Below, piece by piece: positions 38,999 to 51,180 of a stretch of 64,000 nt of DNA. The notes below the pieces were generated by a model. The model worked only from the letters and a program-made list of their open reading frames with translations, was not told where the DNA came from and ran no database searches. How positions within the stretch are numbered: position 1 is the first letter of the stretch; the number at the start of each line of letters is the position of its first letter. This DNA comes from Haliotis cracherodii (lineage: Eukaryota). A program made the position numbers and the translations under genes. The stretch spans positions 46,128,001 through 46,192,000 of the forward strand of contig NW_027266286.1 in assembly GCF_022045235.1 (NCBI RefSeq), read 5' to 3'.

Positions 38999-40166
38999 AT
39001 CGCGGTTAGTAAACACACGGATTCTTCATGCTACAGTTATGACATCATTACGTTCAACAGATGGAAAGGAAAACGACAGAACCCCTTCCATAATAATATG
39101 AAGTCGCTGTTAAAAGCAGAATCCTTTTTACGATTCCATCTTTATGTATATCATCAGTATGTGTTTATGAATCATAATTATATTGACAATGTGATTCTGC
39201 TAGGTGTTGGCCAAAAGGTGAGCTCATCCTGCCCCATCGTTGTCTGACGTCACTAACACATGCACAAGTTCATTTAAAAAAAACCCAGTGAAACATCAGG
39301 ATGCAATAATGTGTAACTTGTATGTCTTGCAGTGACAAATCTCAAACTCAGATAAGTTTACAGTGCAATCATTGTTAGGATTTTAGTGTTATACAGATCA
39401 TACAGACACTTTTGTGAAGGATTACAGCACCAAAACACCTTATTTTGTCACTACGACATGGTAAATTAACCGATGTAACTAACTATAGGCTGTAATAAGT
39501 ACTCAAAAAAAAATCTTTCATCATCTAACGTATTTTAAAACATTTTTTTCATAATCTGTGTTTGGTATATTACATAATAGATATTTGTCTTATGACCTTT
39601 CAAAATATAAATACCAACTTGTGCTTTCGACTTTCTAAACTTGTCCCATTAATGATCACTTATTCAGATACCATATGGCGACACATGCAGTCAGTAGAGG
39701 ACAACGCCCGAGTTTATGTCCATTCTAAAAAGTAACGGCGACGAAGAACGAGGGCTCGAGAACTCAGTCAGTTAAAAATATATATATTGCAGGTGCCAAA
39801 TCGTCAAAACCTGCAAAGTTAAAAGGTACAAAAATGTATTTCAGTCCTAAAAGTACCACAAAAAACACACACACAAAAAAACGACAACCACCAAAGAATA
39901 AAGTCTCAGGGCCAGATAAAATAATATATTATTTATTGCATTAGTAAGCATATACGTTATCTTTCAATATATTATTACGTCAAATTAGCAGAGATGTTCA
40001 AAATATAGGCTCTAACCTTGTTTTTAATCTATAATATACAATATCACTAATAATATGTATTCATCAATGAATTGAGAAAGCTTAAATATTATCATCATGT
40101 TTATATACAAATAGCCAGTTGGCTTCACAGTCAAAGCTGATCCCGCCACTTTTCATCAAGAAGTAA

Positions 40167-40430
40167 CCCGTGAAGATCCGGGTTAGAGTTGGTCTTCAGC
40201 AACGCATGGTTGCCCTCAGAAGCGACTATGCTTATCGCAAGAGGCGACGAACGGGATCGGTGGCGGTCTGGCTCGTTGACTGGGTTGATGCATGTCATCG
40301 TATCCCCATTGCGTAGATCAATGCTCATAAGGTGAATCACTGGATTGTCTAGTCCAAGGTCCCTTCTTTACAGTCCAGCGTTATAAATCTGGATTATTGC
40401 TGTGTGCGGCGTTAAACAAACAAACACAAC
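40167..40430 (+). mobile_element. GACCCGTGAAG-family SINE-like copy
   Basis: Aligns with 45111-45374. Confidence 0.75.
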
Positions 40431-41593
40431 AAAAAATGAATGCATGTGTGTATCCCTGTTTTTGCATGGATATCTGCTTTCTCAGCCCTGATACATATCC
40501 CCCATCAACAATAACGATGCAGAGAGTTAATGAGTGTAACTTGTTCTGAAATCTTGACGTCCATTTATGGACGTTTTTGTCCAGAGCTAAAAAATCCACA
40601 AAACTATTACCAATTGTATGTTCAACAATACACTTATGTTTCTTCTGTTATACTTGTTTCGCCTGGATTGTCTGGTCCAGGCTCGATTATTTACAGACCG
40701 CCGCCACATATATGGAATACTACTGAGTGCGGCGTTAAACAACAAACAAACGAACAACATGAAGAAGGAATAAGAAAATAATGAAAATGGCAGCCGTTGT
40801 AGCGTATAGTGACATAACAAAAGCTTTCTGTTCAGAAAAGAATGGTGTACAGGTGTTCTTGATTAATACTTCAACTGAAACACAGTTTGTCATTGTCCCC
40901 CTAACCCCTGAATCCTCGGAGATGTCATAGACGCCGCTAATGTCAATACTATAAAAGGCGATTCATCCGGCATTTCCATCGAGCAATTACCTACTTCTGT
41001 TTCAAATTTTATGTGAGCATCCCTCCTGAATACTCTAAAATAAAATTAGCAGACAGTCTTGTTCATCATGTAGAACTTAGCAAGCTCGACTATAAAATAG
41101 ATCGGTATTACATCAATACGAACTAACTTTCAAAGAAGTGCGTCCGATGCCATTTATTCATTTTCGCCCTCAGCAGCTGGCATCAGATGCACCTCTAACA
41201 GCCTGTGATGGGTATACTTATCGGTACATGATTGATTAACTGACGTGAAAAGATGGGTTTGGCTCGGTATAGGTCGCTGTATGTGACACACAGGTTAAGC
41301 CTGTCTCATTTGAGTGACTAATGCCATTAGCATGTGACATGTCAGTGCTGCAACACACGGTTGATTAATTTCACAGAAGCCATATCTTGTCCAATTTGAT
41401 GAAGGAATAATGTCATATGCGATATTTGATTTGTAAAAAACACACTCAGTAAATCATCCAGTTATATTGCAACCACCTGTAAATAATCAAGTCTGGACGA
41501 GAGATTGATAGCAGACTTTAATCTCATTTGCAAAGGTCTGAAAATAATCGATTCTGATTTATGTCATGTCCAACACCGCCCCCTCCCCCCCCT

Positions 41594-41597
<4 letters not shown>

Positions 41598-41650
<53 letters not shown>
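41598..41650. repeat. (CT)n microsatellite upstream of peptide gene copy 1
   Basis: Directly visible; a degenerate CT-rich tract lies at the homologous position of copy 3 (about 60315-60340). Confidence 0.95.
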
Positions 41651-41653
<3 letters not shown>

Positions 41654-42001
41654 GTCAGTATTTTGGTGATGTAAACCAAAGCACACATTCCGTTTTTAAA
41701 TCAGATCCTCAGAAACCTGTCCAAGCATGATCTGTTAAGTCAACTGGTATTATTTCGCCTATATACACGCATATATGTTCCAATGCTAGGAATGTTCTTT
41801 AGGAAATAAAACAATTCACACAACATCATGTGTGTATACATAAATATATATCACAACCCTGACAGATAGCTACGTGTATATGATGCCATCAATTACACAG
41901 TGCTGATTAGACATCTACATGAATTGTGGTGTCTAATGTGGTGTTGATTACATTATTCACCGTGTATAACACCTCATCTGTGATAGTGATTATACACCTT
42001 C

Positions 42002-42056
42002 TATATAACCCAGTCCACTTTGAGTCCTTGGCATCCGAACCGAGAGACTACTCAAG
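42002..42056 (+). promoter_or_regulatory. TATA box and short non-coding exon 1 of peptide gene copy 1
   Basis: TATATAA at 42002-42008, then about 25 nt later a segment ending GAGAGACTACTCAAG|GTAAG (donor 42057). The same arrangement occurs at 50500-50555 and 60693-60746. Splicing puts CTCAAG directly before the ATG at 43161. Confidence 0.75.
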
Positions 42057-42254
42057 GTAAGTCAATCTGTGCAGGTTCTATTGAAATTCAAATAGATTTC
42101 ACTGTTCACCGCCGATTCTGTTCAGAAAGATACTTTGATTAAGACTGTATTTGTTTGTGTCGCTGATCTTATCGCCGTCTGCCCGACGGCTCAACAGTAG
42201 ATGAAATACGTTGAATATGAACCCAAGCACTCGTCTGAATACGTGTATTACCCT

Positions 42255-42535
42255 TGAATATCCGGGTTAAAATGGGCCTGCAGCAACCCATGCTTGTCGT
42301 TAAAGGCGACTATGCTTGTCTTAAGATGCGACAAACGGGATCGGGCGATCAGGTTCGCTGACTTGGTTGATGCATGTCATCGTATGCCAGTTGCGTAGTT
42401 TGATGCTCATGGTGTTAATCACTGGATTGTCTGGTCCAGACTCCCTTATTTACAAACCGCCGTTAGCTGGAATAGTGTTCGGCGTTAAACAGCAGCAGCA
42501 ACAACAACAAGAAGAACAACAAGAAGAACAACAAA
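42255..42535 (+). mobile_element. GACCCGTGAAG-family SINE-like copy in intron 1 of peptide gene copy 1
   Basis: Aligns with the family; the tail has expanded into CAG/CAA/GAA triplets. Confidence 0.75.
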
Positions 42536-43160
42536 ATAATACATGTGTGTATCCTCCAATGTTGAAAGATATTTGCTTTCTAAGCTCTCAGCACCGATAC
42601 ACAAACCTCATCAACAATAACGATGCGAGTTTATGAGCACATGCATTAATGAAAAAAGCGTAACTCGTTCTGAAGTCTTGACGTCCAATAATGGACATTT
42701 TTGTTCATATCTAATTAAAGTCACCTAAACGGTTACCAATTGTATACTCAAACTTCATCAAGCAGAAGAAATTGAACTCTGTTTTTAATTTGACATCCGT
42801 CGTATGAGAATCCTCAGTCCCCAATGGTGTTTACTTTTTGTCGTGTTTTTTATCTTCCACAGTCTCAAATTACTTCTTAGCCGTATCCTACAACAATCAA
42901 AGCTGTATTTTCTAGCTCTCTAGACACCAAAATACGATAAAAGAAGGTACTTGTTGTTACCGTGCCTGAATCATCTCGGAATTAAGGGGCAAAAACAAGG
43001 ACTGGTCGGCTCGGAGTCTGTACACACAATGTACATCGCTATTTAAGTGCAATAATCTTGAACGCGACGTTAAACACCATTTCACCTAACCTCACCTCAA
43101 TCAATGTGATAACTTATGTATGCACAGCTGATTGCTTTATGTGCCCATATCTGTTTCCAG

Positions 43161-44987
43161 ATGAGACTGCTCGTGGTGTTCCTCCTGGTGGCTTTGATTG
43201 TTCTCCCCACGGAGGGACTGTTCCGTCGTCGTCGTCGCCGATGGCTCCGTGTCAGAGGCAGTAGGGTTCTCGCTGGCCTTGCTGTTGCTAGCAGACTCGG
43301 TCTGATAGGAAAGAGAGGTAAGACGATGAAAATGTTGACCACCATCCGACATGCAACCGTTTTTATATGAATTTTGTATTGCCAAATTACAAATGTGACA
43401 TATTCACATAGGTATTAATTGTCGTTAAGGCCGATGTGGCGTTTTCAAGAAGCGTCATACGACTCTTGCTCAAAATTCGTTTCATCAGACTTAAAGCATT
43501 CAATGCCTTAGTAAAGCTTTCATAAAGTTTTGCGATAGACATGTGGAGCACAATTCCACATTTGACCCATCCGTGACTATAATGATATCCGATACACTTC
43601 TCTATTTTGACTTTGACTTTTCATTTTTGCCCTGAACTATTGACGCGCCTATGCAATTTAATAGCAATGGACACGCTATAAACGACCATATCATATTACT
43701 TAATCTTTTGAAGTGTTGAGAATTATAAGATTGAAACATATCCTATTTACATATCATAACGTCACATCTTTATTGCTTCTAGGGACATAGGTTAGGCACA
43801 GGTTCACAAAGCTCTACATTTTGCTTGTTGTAAGAGGCAAACAAGTTGGATCGGTGGTAAAGCGCGGTTTCATGGTTGATTGCCGCTGGCGTTCCCCGTC
43901 GCCATGGGACGCTGCATATACTGCCAACCACAGGTTTTTCAGGCCTAGACCAGTATATTTACTGGCTGCCATTACAATTACAATATTGATGAATGCACCA
44001 TAACATAACAACAAAACAAAGAAACACGCAAAATTCATACCATTCCAATTTGATTTACAGAATAATACAATAAAATCATGGATATGTTTTATTTGTCAAT
44101 TATAGATTAAAGATAAACTAGGTATTATCATTTCCTGTTGTGGGGGAACTGCATTGTTCGATTATTAATGATGACATTCACGACTAATCACGTATTTGTC
44201 AGAGGCACAAGATGAACTTTTCTCTGCTGATCTGAATGAGGATGGGAACATTGACCAATCGGAAGCTGAGAATCTCTTCGACAATCGCGATGCGGAAGAA
44301 ATCATGCAAATGGCTGACATTGACGGCAAGTAACTAAATAGCGGATGCATATAGTTTTAAAACAGTTATATGTATTTAGCACTACTAGAGATTCAATTGT
44401 GATTCACTTCTGAAAATAAACTGTGTTTGAGTAGTATAGCGTGTCATAAAACGCAGAATTTGCCTTGACCACATGGTCAGTAGGACTGTTAAGGGTTCCT
44501 TGCATTTGAACTACATTTATGGCTTGTCACCGTATCCCAAATACGTGGATCGATGCGCATGATGTCAGTCACTGGATTGTCTGGTCCAGACTCGATTATT
44601 TACAGTCCGCCGTCATATAGCTGGAATACTGCTGACTGCGGCGTTAACCAACCAACAAACAAAAAAACATTTATGGCTGTGATTGTATCCCTCTCTATTT
44701 ACCATTCATTGATTCGTCTTTGTGTGTTTCAGGTGACTCTGTTGTTAGTCATGAAGAGTTCATCCGAGGAGCGGAAGACTTTTTCTCTCAAAGTGTGTAC
44801 TATTCTATTTTATCAAATATAATTATAAAATATCACTGCATTTTTCTAATGATGATATGTGTACCACTCCTCTCTTTATCATGGTCGTCACTATATGGCT
44901 GAGATACTGCCGATGTGACGTAAAACTTTAACTCACTCACTCACTTTATCATGGCTTTATTTGCTTTTTGTTTTAGATGCTGAGTAG
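43161..44987 (+). CDS. Cationic (antimicrobial-like) peptide precursor with C-terminal acidic two-EF-hand pro-domain, copy 1 (intact, 116 aa)
   Basis: Coding exons 43161-43317, 44203-44325, 44733-44792 and 44977-44987 splice in frame (all phase 1; the 44326 donor is GC-AAGT). Product: MRLLVVFLLVALIVLPTEG | LFRRRRRRWLRVRGSRVLAGLAVASRLGLI | GKR | EAQDELFSADLNEDGNIDQSEAENLFDNRDAEEIMQMADIDGDSVVSHEEFIRGAEDFFSQNAE*. It has a hydrophobic signal peptide, 10 Arg and no acidic residue in the mature region, and EF loops DLNEDGNIDQSE and DIDGDSVVSHEE. Exon sizes are matched in the paralogues. Confidence 0.88.
44885..44943 (+). mobile_element. 5'-truncated retroposon 3' end in the last intron of peptide gene copy 1
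   Basis: (ACTC)n-tailed fragment flanked by the 11-nt duplication CTTTATCATGG (44874-44884 and 44944-44954). Absent from the homologous intron of copy 2. Confidence 0.7.
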
Positions 44988-45051
44988 ATATTTTCGACAA
45001 AAGTACAGCAAGATGAAATAATCTGTCAGATTTTCTACACCGGTGCTTGAA

Positions 45052-45057
45052 AATAAA
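45052..45057 (+). terminator. Polyadenylation signal of peptide gene copy 1
   Basis: AATAAA about 65 nt after the stop, in a 3' UTR context (TGAAAATAAATCA) conserved in copies 2 and 3. Confidence 0.7.
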
Positions 45058-45110
45058 TCAGTGCAGAACAAACTGTTTTTATCATTGTTATTTGTCACTA
45101 AACCTGAAAG

Positions 45111-45374
45111 GACCCGTGAAGCTCCCGGGTAGAATAGGTCTTCAGCAACCCATTCTTGTCGTAAAAGGCTACTATGCTTGTTGTAAGAGGCGACTAACGG
45201 GATCGGGTGGTCAGGCTCGCTGACGTGTTTGAAGCATGTCATCGATCCCAATTGCGTGGATCGATGCTCATGATATCAATCACTGGATTGTCTGGTTCAG
45301 ACTCGATTATTTACAGACCGCCGTCACATAGCTGTAATATTGCTGAGTGCGGCCTAACCAACCAACCAACCAAC
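45111..45374 (+). mobile_element. Abundant ~270-nt SINE-like repeat (GACCCGTGAAG... family), full-length copy
   Basis: Begins GACCCGTGAAG, contains GTAAGAGGCGACTAACGGGATCGGGTGG and ACTGGATTGTCTGG, and ends in a (CAAC/CAAA)n tail. More than a dozen copies or fragments occur in the window. Confidence 0.85.
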
Positions 45375-45891
45375 TTAAACTGAAAGTCAAATACGGTTCA
45401 CTTAACCTTCAGCAAATGATCATATACACGGATCTACATTAGATGACATTCGCATACTTTGATTCCTTCCATTGTGTTACATTTTTTATGACTCGGGCTT
45501 TGCTATGAGGGAGGAAGTGAACAGATTTTTTTCCAAGAGTCCTCAGTATGTGAGCTGTGAACAACACAATGCAAATTATAACCCACACTCAATAACACAT
45601 CCAACAGGCTTAGTTGTTTAAGGTGGAAATGACTTATGTCGTTCATAATTTTTAAAGTGAAAGAAAAGTTTAAGAAGACTAGATTTTGTGAGTTCAGGTT
45701 ACAATTTAAAAAAAAATCAACGTTCGACGTACGTGAATGAGGCTGTCAGAATGCTGTTATTCAGAACATGCTGGACAGAGGGTTACTTACGTCATATTAA
45801 TTTTGTTCTACTGCATATTGACAGCGAGGTTTAAGTCTTCATGAATGATATGACCTGTAATACATAACTGTAATACAGACGAGGGACAAAG

Positions 45892-45923
<32 letters not shown>

Positions 45924-47189
45924 CATTGTGAGGGGTGTATAAATCTGCAAAGATACATTAATATTGCATAAGCTCTATATGTACATAAGCCAATTGAAAA
46001 TGATATGCCATAAGCTGATTCATACTGTAATAATCATGTCTGAACCAGACAATCCAGTGATTGACATCATGAGCATCGATCCACGTCATCGTATCGCAAT
46101 TGCGTGGATCGATGTTCATGATGTCAATCGCTGGATTGTCTGGTTCAGACTCCATTAAGGTGGAATATTGCTGAGTGCGGCGTTGAACAACAAACAAACA
46201 AACAAACAATCAAATCATACTGTTTAAAAGATGGGCATACGTGGAGTTACCCGACCTTTGATGTGTACACAACACTCAACACCCCTACATATTTGCTAAG
46301 GATCTAACTACATATAGTTAGAATTGGATGTTTCTCTCTTGAATATTCTGATATTGTTGAATTAAACTCTGGTTTATGAATGAAATACCTGATCATAAAT
46401 GAGGTTAAATCAGCAACAGTTGATGAGTTGCGCGCTTTTCAAACGGGGTCCCTGAAGACATCAATTGCATGAAAGAACGACCAACCACAGAGGAAATGTT
46501 CATCTTTTGAGATGACAATAGACTTCATCAAGAAAGAAATAGAGAACTTTAGACTCTCAGCAATATTCCAGCTACTCATTTATGACGGCGGCCTGTAAAT
46601 AATCGGGTCTTGAATAGACAACCCAGTGATTGAAATCTTGAGCATCGATCTAAGCAATTGGGATACGATGACATAGGTCTTCAGCAACCCGTGGGATCGG
46701 GTGGTCAACCCGATCCCACGGGTTGCTGAAGACCTATTCTAACCCGGATCTTCACAGGTCTAGCAGCAAAATTCAGGCAGTCGATAAACACCAATCCATT
46801 CTTATCAGATAACTAGGGCATCTCAAATAATGTAAGACAGATCTAGATTATTGCAGAAATGCGATGTCGTGGTTGATTGTCACTTTTCAAGATCGGCCGC
46901 CTCCAGACGAAACCACTGAAGACAGATGACAAAAGGCAAACACAGACTTCAGCGAGAAGATCGAGGTCAAAGGTGATTAATGACGGTAGACAGCCGACCC
47001 CAAATGCCAACCTGGAGGAGAAGTCACAACCTTCACTCAGTAATACCAGTGATGCTCCTGAATAGGGGCGAGGCCATGGACCAGAGAACCGTCAAGCACC
47101 AATCCTTACCATTTCCTTATCAGGTGAATATTTACTTACTCATTGTCATAACGTTTGAACATGGAATGTTAACGGTAGATATTATAACT

Positions 47190-47860
47190 CGATGATTTTA
47201 AATTTTCTGAAATATTTATCTGAGTTTGACTTTCTGTATTTACTGGAAACAGTCAGTGATAAAAAACTATTCAATTCCATATTTATTAGTGTTTACACCT
47301 TATTTAGTGAAATTCACATGGACGACTGTTGGACGGTTTGTATATTTTGTCAAAAATACATCAGAACCATTGCGCACACTTGTACATGTGATGCTTGGTA
47401 TTGATAATTCTGTTGCTCTGAGAATACTTAAACGGGCACAGCAAAGTAAAAATGATATTTCTTGATAGGTATGTACGTATCAGAGGGGTCCCCATACTAT
47501 ACATCAAGTTGGAAAAACGTTGGTATTGAACTCCTTGAGCAGTGGTTGGATGACAACCCAGATATCCTAGCTCACCGATGGACGCAGTGACAACCCCTCC
47601 CGAGAGTTTATCTGACCTATCCGGGAACGTTTTTCCAGAAGAAGAAGCGGTGCCACTTAACAGTCGCAATATTATAGTAAGTGACAATATTACCAATAAA
47701 TTTGAAAGAATATTATTAAAGCTGTGTAATACTTTCAATTTTCATATTCTCAACGGACCCCGAAGGAGAATTTACCTTCAACACGATTATTTTATCGCTG
47801 GAGTTGATAGCCACTGCATGTAAAGGACAGGGTTGAACCGGATCATATGCCATTTAAGCC
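47190..47860 (+). mobile_element. Decayed LINE (CR1/L2-group) endonuclease fragment
   Basis: Frame-broken motifs FLKYLSEFDFLYLLET, SDNITNKF..LLKLCNTFNFHILNG, DYFI and RVEPDHMP are typical of AP-endonuclease domains of LINE ORF2. Confidence 0.75.
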
Positions 47861-48714
47861 ATTGGTAATGCGTAGTCAGCAACATTCAGATATATGTATG
47901 TATGTAGTGATAATTACAAATGCACCTGGAATCCAACTGTAGCTAATGTATATATTTCAAATATCCACCGTGCCTCCCAATCACCTTTACAATCAACTAA
48001 GCTAGCGGATACAAGCATTGATCACGTTTCGAATCATTTGTCCAGGGTTTCTTTACGAAAGCCTAACGGTGCCACTTGGGTAGCATATATATTTATTTTT
48101 TAATCGAAATTTCGCGATATTACAAATATTGGTTTATTTTCACGAATTTGTTTTCTTTGGTCGTTATTTCGGGTATATTTTCGTAATTTCAATTATTTTC
48201 CCGTTACTTCCATTATTTACTCGTGGTTTCAATTTTTTTTGCTTTTCAGTTGATGAAAGAGGCAGGGACAAACTAACAATGTCCCGTCACAATATATAAT
48301 ACCAGCATCACCGTTGTGTGTTACTAGGAATGTGACACCACTGTCTCTTCAAAGCTTGTTTGCTCGTTTGTTGATCGCTCACCCCCCTATCATCAAAACA
48401 TATATTGTCTCACAAGGGATGCCACAGTTCGCTTTGGTGAGACCTGACCACCCGATCCCGCTAGCCGGATCTTACGAGGCATAGTCGCCTTTTACGGCAA
48501 ACATGTATTGGGTTGTTCAAGACCTATTCTTACTCTGATTTGGAAAGGGGTACGCCCACACTAAAGAATTATATATCCGTGGCATCAAAAATGACCCCCC
48601 CCACCAGAGAAAATTTGAAAATCCAAAAGTACCATAATAAACACTGAACGAAAGTCAGCAAAGAGGAAGTCTTCAAGCCCGGTTAAATTAATATATTGTT
48701 TATTCCGTTAGTAG

Positions 48715-48993
48715 GTTAGGTGAGGTAAAATATGGTTTAACGTCGTGTCTTCTTCTACTTGTCCCTGACACGTGCCGATTTTATGGTGCAAGTCCACAAA
48801 ATATTGGCAGCAGTTTAACATGAATACTCCATGGCCACTCTGACACTCCGACACAGTATTCTGACCTCGTTTCAGACCCTTAATGCCTGTAACAAGTACC
48901 ATCGTGTTACGTCTTTTGGTATGACGCGGCCGCGGATCGGATCCCACACCTTTTGCTCTCCAGGCAGACACTCTACCACTAGACCACGTAGGC
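48715..48993 (-). mobile_element. Meta-like SINE copy (diverged)
   Basis: Aligns with 2667-3020 with internal deletions. Confidence 0.65.
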
Positions 48994-49849
48994 ATTCGTA
49001 GGCATATACATTATCATTCAATATATTATAGTACTTATAAGTTCAATAGTTCCGTTTAAACGGTATTGTGATCCATAATTATGTGCCTCCAAGACAAAAT
49101 ATGCAAACGAAATTTTATGAGGAAGCTTAAATATTCACTGTCACAGGATTATGTACAAACAGCAAGCAGGTTTCAAAGCGACACATCATTACACACCGTA
49201 AATATAAATGATACCAATTACGATTTGTGTATGGCTATCCAGCATGAATATAGAACTATTATTTGTTTGTGTTAAACCTGAGGCCACATTTTTTTCCACC
49301 GTTTTCTGGAACAAATTACTTTTTGACAAAAGTACCAGCCACCTTCCTGTATAACTTAAGATGTGAAATTAGGAGACTGTTGTTTAGGTAAAAGATACCG
49401 TATTTCGCAATTTTACTTAGATTAATTAGCTCTGGGAATGCAAAACCTCACCCGCTCGCATCAGACACTCTCTGACAGGTGGTGGTGAGTCAGCTAATAT
49501 TAGCAGACTAATATACCTGTATAAGCACCGACGTGAACTTACAGGTTGGGCTTGGGATAGGTTGCTGTATGTGGCACACAGATTGAGTCTGCCACATCAT
49601 AGTGACAGATGTCATCAACATGGCGCATGTCAATGTTACAATTAATGGTTGATTCTATTTTTCAGAAACCATATGTCATATGCGATGTTTGATTTGTTTG
49701 ATGCTTTAGGCCACACTCAGCAATCTTTAATCTACATGTATATTGCAACGGCTTGTAAATGATCGTTTGGATTAGACAAAGGTTTGGCAAAAAGTCACAT
49801 CGTATGCCATTTTTACTATCAAACACCTCTCAACCCTTTCTCTCATAGA

Positions 49850-50016
49850 GGGGCGGTCGGGTAGCCTAGTGGTTAAAGCATTCGCTCGTCACCCCGAAGA
49901 CCCGCGTTCGATTCCCGACATGGGTACAATGTGTGAAGCCCATTTCTGGTGTCCCCCTCCGTGATATTGCTGGAATAGTGCTAAAAGCGGCGTAAAAATC
50001 ATACTCACTCACCCAC
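49850..50016 (+). mobile_element. Short tRNA-derived SINE
   Basis: Same family; target-site duplication TTCTCTCATAGA. Inserted in the upstream region of peptide gene copy 2. Confidence 0.85.
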
Positions 50017-50499
50017 TTCTCTCATAGAAATCAATAAAAGTAACAAAATCATAATCATAAGAAGTCACTGTCAAGAGAAGAGTCCAATGTACGATTCCAA
50101 CTCCAACATGAAGATGTGTTTATGAATCACTATCAAATATTGGCGATACTAGGTCTTCGCGAAAAAAAGTATGAAGGGAAGTCCAAAGTTGACCATCATT
50201 GAACGATATCAGATTATCAAGAAAGCATTATCAGAATCTCATATTCCTGTCATGGCCACGTGATCCTTTCAGTAGGCTCGCATTAGTTGCATGCATAATC
50301 TGTGCCTAGTTTAGCAATGTTCATTGTGAATGAAATAAAACAAACCCAAAACCTAATTTATAATCACACGAACACATGGTGATGATGCATGGATGCTATC
50401 GATTATACAGTACTGATTTGAACTGACGTCGTGTTGAAATACATTATTCATCGCTTGTCATGCCAAACACCTCATCTGTGATAGTAATCGTACACCTTC

Positions 50500-50555
50500 T
50501 ATATAAACCAGCCAACAATGAGTCCATATCATCCGAATTCGAGAGACTACTCAAG
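50500..50555 (+). promoter_or_regulatory. TATA box and non-coding exon 1 of peptide gene copy 2
   Basis: TATATAAA at 50500-50507 and GAGAGACTACTCAAG|GTAAG donor at 50556, homologous to copy 1. Confidence 0.72.
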
Positions 50556-51180
50556 GTAAGATGCGTTGTGTATGATTTGATTGAAATGCTAATAGTTTTT
50601 CATAACGCGAGTGTTCACCACCGATTGTTTAGGAAGATACTTTGATGATATTCAGAATTGTGCGTTTATTTTCGTCACGTAGGGTAACATAAGTTTCATA
50701 CAAACATCCATTAAGGCATTTGTATTTGTTTGCGTTTCTGAGCTCATCTCCCATCTTTCCATCCTGCTCAATGAAAGAAAAAGTGTTTTATAACAATCCA
50801 ATTCCTCGTCCGACCACATATGTGTACCATCCCGCTTTGCAAAGAACTCCGCTTATTAAGAGCCCAGGACTGATGCACCAACCTCATCAACAATAACGAT
50901 GCTGAGAGTTTATGTGAACGTGCATGTGCCATTGTCAGAAACTATTTAAATCTATCTAATGTGTTGAAAACCAGTTGTGGATGATTCTGTCCATTTCCAA
51001 ATATTCAACAGTTACCAATGCTAAACAATACAGTTGTGCTTCTTATTTTTCATTGTTTTCGCCCGGCCCTCCCACTGAAGCTGAACTTAAGGTATGACCT
51101 GCAAACATGACACATCGATTACAATACGTAGCCATATTCGTCCGTTGTCACCACACAAAATAATCCCACAAAATAATAGT

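Noticed and set aside
42367-42636. Poly-Q/E ORF
   Set aside because: SINE body plus expanded tail inside intron 1 of peptide gene copy 1.
44203-44792. Annotating the EF-hand exons as calmodulin or a calmodulin-like gene
   Set aside because: There are only two EF-hands with a short linker and no start codon of their own, and they are spliced behind a signal peptide and GKR; calmodulin sequence hallmarks are absent.
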